Shown here piece by piece: positions 21,514-30,588 of a DNA stretch of 30,588 bases. The notes beneath the pieces are model-generated. The model ran no database searches. It was not told the DNA's origin and saw only the letters and a list, made by a program, of their open reading frames with translations. The position numbers and the translations under genes were made by a program. Source of the stretch: Octopus sinensis. Lineage: Eukaryota. Position 1 is the stretch's first letter, and each line of letters begins with the position of its first letter. The DNA lies in assembly GCF_006345805.1 (NCBI RefSeq), contig NW_021835593.1, positions 1-30,588 of the forward strand, written 5' to 3'.

Positions 21514-21612
21514 CAACTGGTACTGCAAAATATGAACTCAGATCTTATATAGACAGACGAAATCCCGTTAAGCATTTGTCCGGGATGCCAACGTTTCTGC
21601 AAGCTAGCCGCC
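21514..21612 (-). mobile_element. Meta-type SINE head with the central domain deleted
   Basis: gaactcag...agacgaaatcccgttaagcatttgtccgggatgccaacgtttctgcaagctagccgcc matches the head of 15621-15850. Confidence 0.7.
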
Positions 21613-21639
21613 TTACTATTACTACTACTACTACAACAA

Positions 21640-21676
<37 letters not shown>

Positions 21677-21677
21677 A

Positions 21678-21721
<44 letters not shown>

Positions 21722-21724
21722 TAA

Positions 21725-21869
21725 TTTCAAATTATGGCATAAGGGCAGCAATTTTATGGGATGAAAGGCAAAGTCGACTTCGGCAGAATTCGAACTCAGA
21801 ACGTAGCGGCAGACAAAATAACGCTAAGCATTTCTCCCGGCATGCTAACGTTTCTACCAGCTCGCTGCC
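21725..21869 (-). mobile_element. Meta-type SINE, internally deleted variant
   Basis: ggatgaaaggcaaagtcgacttcggcagaattcgaactcagaacgtagcggcagac...ctcgctgcc, joined to a different 3' end (tttcaaattatggcataagg). Confidence 0.8.
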
Positions 21870-21914
21870 TAAACAACAACAACAACAACAATAACAGCAA
21901 TAACAATAATAATG

Positions 21915-21975
<61 letters not shown>

Positions 21976-22018
21976 TAATAATAATGATGATAATAATAAT
22001 AATAATACTAATATAATG

Positions 22019-22058
<40 letters not shown>

Positions 22059-22144
22059 TAATAATAATGATGATAATAATAATATTAATAATAATAATAA
22101 TAATAATAATGATAATAATAATGATGATAATAATAATAATAATA

Positions 22145-22887
22145 AATTACCAAATATTACCAGAAATTACCAGAAATTACCAGAAATTACCAAAAACATG
22201 TAATGAAAAGAAATATTACAAGTAACTGCAGAATATGTGGAGATGGACAAGAAACAATAAATCATATTATCTCTAGCTGCCCAGTCCTGGCTAAGAAGGA
22301 ATATTCACAGACATGACAGAGTTGGAACCTACATACATTGGAAGCTATGCCAACATTATGGAATAACAACACAGAAAAAAGATGGTATAGGCACATACCA
22401 GAAAAGGTCACAGAAAACGAGAAAGCAACCATACTCTGGGATATGCCAATACACACAGATAGAGAATTAAGGCCAACAGACCAGATATAGTTGTCAGAGA
22501 TCATGAAGAAAAAAAATGCTTTCTAATTGATGTATCAATACCGGCAGATGACAACGTGTCTCCAAAAGAAATGGAGAAACTCTCAAAATACAAAGACCTG
22601 GAAATAGAGATAACTAGAATGTGGAACCTGAAAACAGAAACAATTCCTATCATAGTAGGTGCATTAGGCATGATAAAAAAATATTCAGACAAATACATAA
22701 CAAAAACACCAGGACTTACAAACACATATAACATACAGAAAATTGCACTACTAGGCACGGCACACATCCTACGCAGAACACTTTCCATACAATAACCCAT
22801 CAGAGCATCACAACAAATCACAGCACATACCCAAGGCACACAGCAGCGCTCGGTAGTGAAGTGAAAGCACGCTAAAAAATAAAACTA

Positions 22888-22890
<3 letters not shown>
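22145..22890 (+). mobile_element. 5'-truncated R4/Dong-type non-LTR retrotransposon (CCHC knuckle + restriction-like endonuclease + 3' UTR) in (TAA)n
   Basis: RNYQKHVMK..CRICGDGQETINHIISSC (CCHC), HRHDRVGTYIHWKLC, ILWDMPIHTD, RPDIVV..LIDVSIP..EMEKLSKYKDL (PD..D/E..K), IIVGALG, and GTAHILRRTLSIQ* with stop at 22793-22795. At least three frameshifts. (AAT)n on both sides. Confidence 0.93.
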
Positions 22891-22940
<50 letters not shown>

Positions 22941-22966
22941 TAATAATAATGATAATCATGATGATG

Positions 22967-23008
<42 letters not shown>

Positions 23009-23075
23009 TAATAATGATGATGATGATGATAATAATAATAATACTAATAATAATATAATAATAATGATGATGATG

Positions 23076-23112
<37 letters not shown>

Positions 23113-23231
23113 GATGATGATAATAATAATAATAATAATAATAATAATTAATAATATAATAATAATGATGATAATAATAATAATAATAATATAATAATAA
23201 TATATAATAATAACAATGAATAATGATGATG

Positions 23232-23264
<33 letters not shown>

Positions 23265-23345
23265 TAATAATAATGATGATGATAAAATAATATATAATAA
23301 TAAATAATAATAATAATAATAATAATAATGATGATGATGATGATG

Positions 23346-23381
<36 letters not shown>

Positions 23382-23412
23382 TAATAATATGATGATAATA
23401 ATGATGATGATG

Positions 23413-23443
<31 letters not shown>

Positions 23444-23460
23444 TGATAATAATAATAATA

Positions 23461-23496
<36 letters not shown>

Positions 23497-23501
23497 TGAT
23501 G

Positions 23502-23544
<43 letters not shown>

Positions 23545-23628
23545 TGATGATGATAATAATAATAATAATAATATAATAATAATAATAATATGATGATGAT
23601 GATGATAATAATAATAATAATAATAATA

Positions 23629-23664
<36 letters not shown>

Positions 23665-23775
23665 TGATGATAATGATGATGATAATATAATAATAATAAT
23701 AATAATAATGATGATAATAATATAATAATAATAATAATAATATATAATAATAGAATAATAATAATAATGATGATG

Positions 23776-23822
<47 letters not shown>

Positions 23823-23843
23823 TAATGATGATGATGATGATGA

Positions 23844-23886
<43 letters not shown>

Positions 23887-23978
23887 GATGATGATAATAA
23901 TGATGATGATAATATATAATAATAATAATAATAATAAATAATAATAATATGATGATGATAATTATAATAATAATAATA

Positions 23979-24017
<39 letters not shown>

Positions 24018-24129
24018 TGATGATAATAATGATGATGATAATAATAATAATCATAATAATAATAATATAATAATAATAATAATGATGATAATAATAATAT
24101 AATAATAATAATAATAATGATGATGATGA

Positions 24130-24163
<34 letters not shown>

Positions 24164-24182
24164 TATAATAATAATAATAATG

Positions 24183-24226
<44 letters not shown>

Positions 24227-24292
24227 TAATAATATAATATAATATGATGATAATAATAGTAATAATAATAATATAATAATAATACTATAATG

Positions 24293-24325
<33 letters not shown>
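22891..24325. repeat. ~1.4-kb (AAT)n/(GAT)n microsatellite
   Basis: Continuous triplet array with recurring phase slips (aatataataat), directly after the Dong 3' end. Confidence 0.98.
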
Positions 24326-24326
<1 letters not shown>

Positions 24327-24947
24327 AATACTAAAGAGATAAATAAATAAAGCGAGATAAATTTGGACTTATCCAAACATATTGAAAGTGGTGTTTGTAA
24401 TATTGAGAAAAGAAAGCCGCCCAATGCGTAACAGACAGCGAGCAATGATCTATGTCACTTGCGCCACTTAGCAACATCATACTTTCCAACTGGTTCATTT
24501 CTACGGTCGATTGATCGAATGAATCTGTAATTCGTTAATATTGTATATATTACATATCTTGTATATCGTAAATATATTTACATAAATAAGCCTCTTCGTT
24601 TTTCGAACATAATTTGCATTGAACAGTTTTATTATGTTTTTATACCCGCCCAACCACCCCGCCAACATGAACGAAAACCACACACACACACTCTCTCCCA
24701 AACACACGCCCCCCCCCCTCACACACATAAATATATAGTTTCTTTTATTGAAACTGATTCAATGAAAAAATATCATCGATCTGTATTGAACATTACTCTC
24801 TCGTGTGGCTCACATGATCGGATCATCGGCGACTAAACCGACCCCACCACCAAAACTGTTGGGTGAGGAGGGTGATTATTGGACACCCTGAAACATGGAA
24901 AACAAAACTTGTCAAAAAGCGGAGGAACTCAAGCGAGTCAAATTGGT

Positions 24948-25730
24948 TTTTTTATTACCCACAAGGGGCTAAACACAGAGGGGACAAACAAGGACAGACA
25001 AACGGATTAGATTAATTCGATTACATGGACCGCAGTGCGTAACTGGTACTTATATAATCGACCCCGAAAGGATGAAAGGCAAAGTCGACCTCGGCGGAAT
25101 TTGAACTCAGAACGTAGCGGTAGACGAAATATCTATTTCGTTATTACCCACAAGGGGCTAAACATAGAGGAGACAAACATGGACAGACATAGGTATTAAG
25201 TCGATTATATCGACCCAGTGCTTAACTGGTACTTAATTTATCGACCCCGAAAGGATGAAAGGCAAAGTCGACCTCGGCGGAATTTGAACTCAGAACGTAG
25301 CGGCAGACGAAATTACCTATTTCTTTATTACCCACAAGGGCTAAACATAGAGGAGACAAACATGGACAGACATAGGTATTAAGTCGTTATATCGACCCAG
25401 TGCTTAACTGGTACTTAATTTATCGACCCCGAAAGGATGAAAGGCAAAGTCGACCTCGGCGGAATTTGAACTCAGAACGTAGCGGCAGACGAAATACCTA
25501 TTTCGTTATTACCCACAAGGGGCTAAACATAGAGGAGACAAACATGGACAGACATAGGTATTAAGTCGATTATATCGACCCCAGTGCTTAACTGGTACTT
25601 AATTTATCGACCCCGAAAGGATGAAAGGCAAAGTCGACCTCGGCGGAATTTGAACTCAGAACGTAGCGGCAGACGAAATACCGCAAAGCATTTCGCCCGG
25701 ATCGCTAACGATTCTGCCAGCCCACCGCCT
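24948..25730 (-). mobile_element. Tetrameric Meta-type SINE (one head plus four ~180-188-bp units) with 17-bp TSD
   Basis: Units start at about 24952, 25141, 25326 and 25506 (ttattacccacaagggg...). The A-box head is present only at 25680-25730. Flanks are actcaagcgagtcaaat (24927-24943) and actcatgcgagtcaaat (25732-25748). Confidence 0.93.
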
Positions 25731-25894
25731 TACTCATGCGAGTCAAATGCCCTCCAACTGAGGTCGGCTGTTCATGGGTGTCGGGGTCTACATGGCACCA
25801 AATGTCGTTACCAGCAGTGCCAAAAGTGCGTGATTGATCCCGCTCAAGACATTACCACGTTAGATGAGTCACTCTGCGCAATGTTCTAGAATTT

Positions 25895-26056
25895 ACGACC
25901 TGCTTTATTTCACTTTCCCCCCTAACAAATCCACTCACAACAGTTTGTTTGGCCCGCGGTTGTAAGCAGAAGACAGTTGCTCGAGCTGCCATGCAGAGGG
26001 ACTGAAACCGGAAACACATGATTGGAAAGCAAACTTCTTACCACACAGCCACCCTG
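25895..26056 (-). mobile_element. Bipartite SINE, diverged 5' half
   Basis: acgacctgctttatttcactttcc...caaatccactcac...cttaccacacagccaccctg is the reverse complement of the head. Confidence 0.8.
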
Positions 26057-26284
26057 TACACACACACACACACACACACAGACACACACACATATATATA
26101 TATATGAATATACATACATGTATGTCTGTGCGATATACTTACGTATACTCACACATACATGCATATATATATGGGTATATATATACCCATATATATATAC
26201 CCAAAGAAACATGTACGCGTACTTATGCATCATCTATGTAAATATATGAATGATGTATATATATATACACGTGTATACATATAT

Positions 26285-26686
26285 ACTCTTTTACTCTTTT
26301 ACTCTTTTGCTTGGTTCAGTCATTTGACTGCAGCCATGCTGGAGCACCGCCTTTAGTCGAGCAAATCGACCCCGGGACTTATTCTTTGTAAGCCTAGTAC
26401 TTTTTCTATCGGTCTATTTTGCCGAACCGCTAAGTTACGGGGACATAAACACACCAGCATCGGTTGTCAAGCAATGCTAGGGGGACAAACACAGACACAC
26501 AAACACACACACGCATATATATATATATACATGGGCTTCTTTCAGTTTCCGTCTACCAAATCCACTCACAAGGCTTTGGTCGGCCCGAGGCTATAGTAGA
26601 AGACACTTGCCCAAGATGCCATACAGTGGGACTGAACCCGGAACCATGTGGTTGGTAAGCAAGCTACTTACCACACAGCCACTCTG
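26285..26686 (-). mobile_element. Bipartite tRNA-derived SINE, full length
   Basis: Colinear with the other full copies; (ttttactc)n tail. Confidence 0.93.
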
Positions 26687-29646
26687 ACACGTGCATACAT
26701 ATATACACACCTACGCACACGTACACACACATTTACATATATATATATATTTATATATATACATATATACACAGACATCTATTCGCGAGTATAATTACAT
26801 CAAGATGAAGCTCCCCACCCCTTCCCCGCTAGTTATATTACTTGATTTCTTAATGGCTCATGCATCATGGCAACCCCTGGTGATGTGTGCATAATGGCAT
26901 TTTCCCATCCACTGGCCACCAGACTCTCCTTCGTACAATAATTGCTTCCAGTTAATCTCTACCACCGATATAAAATGCCTTCGTAAATATCAAAAACCCC
27001 AAACAGGAATTGGGATTCACCATCGTATTAGTAAACGATTTTAAAACTTTCCCCTAACGGTTGCTTACAAAGACTTGATAGGTAACATCAACCTGACATG
27101 ATTCGGTTCATAGCTGAAGAATGTTAAAAGTATGAAACATTATCTCTCCCAACGCCTACCATTTATTCTAAATGTTTAATAGGATCTCGTTTTTGCAACA
27201 TATAATCTGTAACCTGCGTTTGGTAAGAAACCATTCGACTTGGATCGCTTTCTCGAGATATAACTTGTAACCCTTGTAAGGCGAGATGAACATTAAAGTA
27301 GAGGTCATGTGATGAACCAAAGCAGAGACCTCTCTCCCTGATGTCAAAATAACCCTGTCAAAATTTTCTCGCTAAATACGATGCCGAAAATGCTCAAAAC
27401 GTACACAAGATATATACACACTTGCATATACACAGATACACAGATATCCATCCGCACACTCTAACACACACACGCACACACACACACAGATATGCACACA
27501 CACTAACATACATATGCACACACAGATTCAGGCGCGCGCTCTTACATAATATACCCCATTCACCATGCAAAGGCAAAATAAATAACTAACAAGATAAATG
27601 AAGGAATCGCTGAATAAATAAATAAATAAATATATAAATAATAGCCATAGTAACTAGACTATTTGATGGCTGACTTCGGAAAAGATTCTCTGAAATACGT
27701 AAATGTTAAAAAAAGAGAAAGAAAGAGAGAGAAAAGAAAAGGAAAGTAAAAGAAAATAAAATTAATTTCCTGTATACATAGAGATACTGGAAGCGTCAAA
27801 ATATTATCATACCACTCTCTCTCCGAAGAAGAAGAAGTTTAACCATGAAAGTAACATAATTCACAGAGATAACAGGAATTCTATTCGTAAATGGTAACAA
27901 TTTGGTGAAACAGCTTAACGCTAAGGGTATCGTACGAGTTCAGAGTAAGACAAAGAAAGCTGCGATAATATACAATGCGTTGCCTGCGAATGGCAATGAT
28001 ATTTTCAAAAGAAAATGGTCGTATTAAATGCATTTTTAGCTGTAGAAAGAATAAGGATAAGGAAATAACCCCCAAAGCTTTTTAGCATTCTAGCCATGAG
28101 CAGACGTAGTAACCTCTACGCGGATGATCGATTAGCAAGAAATAACAACCAAATCTTCCTCAAATCATACTTAACTGTGTTAAAAATAGGAATGACATAA
28201 TGTGTGAATTAGTCCTAGATACACGAACACACAAGCTGGTCGGTGTTGCGATTTTTTATGTGTGTGCTCATGTTACTACTGCTATTGTTGGGGTTGCTAT
28301 GGCAACTATTGCTGCTGTGGTAGCAGTTTCTGTTGTTACTGCTGCAGATGAAACTGCTGCTGCTGCTATTTAAGCAGTGGTTCGTAGTGGTGCTTTGGCT
28401 GATGCTCTTGGTATTTCGAGGTTTTGCTATTATTGTACTTGTTATATGTTACCACATTGACCGAGGTTACCGTGGTCTTTTTCGTAGGCTTTTCTTCCCA
28501 CGGATAAAGCTTATCTGCTTCCCCCTTTACACCGTACATCATGACACTGTGATACACGATCCCTATTGATCGTTCTTTCCTCCTCCCCTTTTTTCCTCTT
28601 TTTTCTTCTTTTTTCTTTTTTCTTTTCTTTTCTTTTGTTTCTTTTCCTTTTTTTCTTTTTTCTTTTTTTCCTTTTACGATCCCTTTTGATCGAAAACCTA
28701 CGCCACTTTTTTTTTTCATCCCCCAAAAGAAAAGCTCTACCTTGTAATTTGTCCCATCTGTGTGCAGCCCTGTGTGGCCAATAAAGAAACTTATTATTGT
28801 ATTTGTTGCTGAGGCCGTGATTTTGGCCCAGCGTGGGCTTTGTTCCTGCTTGCCTCTATTGTAGTCAACAGAAGTACTTCAAGCGGTTCGCATTATTGTA
28901 CATGTGGAATATAAACATTCTGCCTTTCCACATTGACCTTCAATTGTTAAAAACTTTATTCAAATCTTGACCTTAGGACAAGATATCCAGCCTCATTCTT
29001 GACCAAAACACACCAGATGATAAATTCTGTTGGCACATCTTTATTTAAAATTTTACCAAACAACGTGTACAGTATGTGAGGCGGATCAATAGATCCTCAT
29101 TTGTTGCACTAGATTATTGAGTTCGAGGGGCTTCTGTGTAGAATCTTACTCCCACACAAACGCACACGTTTTACCACTTTCCTCTCAGACATATTCCTCG
29201 TAGAACATTAACAAAACCTGCTTGTTTTTCATGAATGCATATCAGTATTTAATAGTTTTTCTTGCAGTTCGTTTTGTTTGTAGCATAGAAACAGCCGTTT
29301 GAGGTCTACAGCTCTCTCTGCTGATATGGTGTTTGGCTTTGGTCAAGTTTCTCTGCTGTCTCATATAAAAACTCGATCATGGACCCTGCCACCTCTGCAA
29401 AGAAAGGAGTCCGCTTTTATAACGCTTTTTGTGGCGATAATTTCATTGTTGCTTTTGTTGTTAGCAATGATTCAAAAGGCCGAATCAAATGTGATAAGGA
29501 TGACGTCGGTGGGGAGTAGTAGTAGTAGTGGTGAGGAGGCGCGAATGCGGTTTACACACATACCACACACACATACATACATATATACACACATACATAC
29601 ATACATACATACATGCATGCATAATTTCTGTGCTTACTCGGCTTTA

Positions 29647-29679
<33 letters not shown>

Positions 29680-29902
29680 GTATATATATATTATATTATG
29701 TGTAGTAGTTTGAGGATGTAATGTCCTTCCTAAGGATTATAAAATCCAGATTTCAGCTGGTATTTTCAATGATATATTGGGAGAATTCTCTCAATATATG
29801 AGGATAAACAGTCTAATTTATATTTATATTAATATACGGAAAGAGAGAAAAAAATATTGTGAATACTTATTTTATTTGTAACACAATAAAAACATAGCAG
29901 CA

Positions 29903-30311
29903 GCAGGAGTGGCTGTGTGGTAAGTAGCTTGCTTACCAACCACATGGTTCCGGGTTCAGTCCCACTGCGTGGCATCTTGGGCAAGTGTCTTCTGCTATAG
30001 CCCCGGGCCGACCAATGCCTTGTGAGTGGATTTGGTAGACGGAAACTGAAAGAAGCCTGTCGTATTTATGTATATATATATATATATAAGTGTATGTATT
30101 TGTGTGTCTGTGTTTGTCCCCCTAGCATTGCTTGAAAACCGATGCTGGTGTGTTTACGTCCCCGTCACTTAGCGGTTCGGCAAAAGAGACCGATAGAATA
30201 AGTACTGGGCTTACAAAGAATAAGTCCCGGGGTCGATTTGCTCGACTACAGGCGGTGCTCCAGCATGGCCGCAGTCAAATGACTGAAACAAGTAAAAGAG
30301 TAAAAAGAGTA
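29903..30311 (+). mobile_element. Bipartite tRNA-derived SINE, full length (octopus OR-like)
   Basis: A-box head gcaggagtggctgtgtggtaag, B-box region gggttcagtccc, internal (TA)n, 3' stem-loop CAGTCA-aa-TGACTG and (gtaaaaga)n tail. Relation to the described octopus OR1/OR2 SINEs is recalled, not verified. Confidence 0.93.
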
Positions 30312-30588
30312 TAGCAAATAGATTAATACTAATAGAATTTAATATTAAAATAAATTTAACATCAATTAACATAAAAATAAGTGCCTACACATGTTTCAAT
30401 CCGGTAACTAGGTAAACAGCGCATCGGATCTGCAGGATTCGAATCATGTTAAGAGATGTAGATGTAAAAATAACGAAAGGTGACCTGATATCTTCACGGC
30501 TGCCTCTTGCAAAAGGCTAATGCTTACGTATTTTTTCAGAGGAATTCAAATTGGTGATAAAAACCGTACTAGATAAGATGTGTCTATA

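Noticed and set aside
23864-24445. 193-aa ORF with Y/I/L/H runs
   Set aside because: Antisense translation of (AAT)n/(GAT)n.
24952-25690. CRISPR-like or rDNA-like array
   Set aside because: Units are contiguous ~185-bp SINE bodies with no unique spacers, in a eukaryotic context.
28366-28797. K/E/R-rich and F/L-rich ORFs, and a possible SINE tail at about 28740-28795
   Set aside because: ORFs come from a polypyrimidine tract; the tail similarity is too short to call.
28800-29300. Complex sequence tested as a transposon or exon remnant
   Set aside because: Hand translation of the minus strand shows frequent stops and no recognisable motif; a database search is needed.
29903-29975. tRNA gene
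   Set aside because: A/B-box-like head is part of the SINE; no cloverleaf or terminator. The same applies to the other SINE heads.

Overview
This is an AT-rich, microsatellite-saturated eukaryotic window with no confidently identifiable host gene. The SINE families point to an octopus (coleoid cephalopod) genome; that assignment is inferred from recalled SINE consensus sequences, not from a database search. Most ORFs in the track are translations of (TA)n, (CA)n, (TATG)n and (AAT)n repeats or of SINEs. The supportable content is mostly mobile DNA. (1) A 5'-truncated Penelope-like element on the minus strand has an uninterrupted GIY-YIG endonuclease frame (3847-4464) and a type I hammerhead ribozyme with a palindromic stem III near its 3' end (1988-2064). 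The unit is bracketed by an inverted duplication (1723-1815 / 4955-5052). (2) Decayed LINE fragments: RTE-type RT (7693-8512), L1/Tx1-type RT (20640-21215) and an R4/Dong-type zinc knuckle plus restriction-like endonuclease end (22145-22890) sitting in (TAA)n. (3) Two non-autonomous Helitrons, a mariner remnant and a hAT-like end. (4) About 14 full or partial copies of a bipartite tRNA-derived SINE with an internal microsatellite, including two head-to-head pairs. (5) Meta-domain-type SINEs, including a tetramer inside one 17-bp target-site duplication. (6) A ~400-bp foldback element. A CpG-rich trinucleotide island (17055-18270) switches strand polarity at its centre and holds a weak candidate terminal exon that is absent from the ORF track. 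Coordinates were read by eye and may be off by a few bases.
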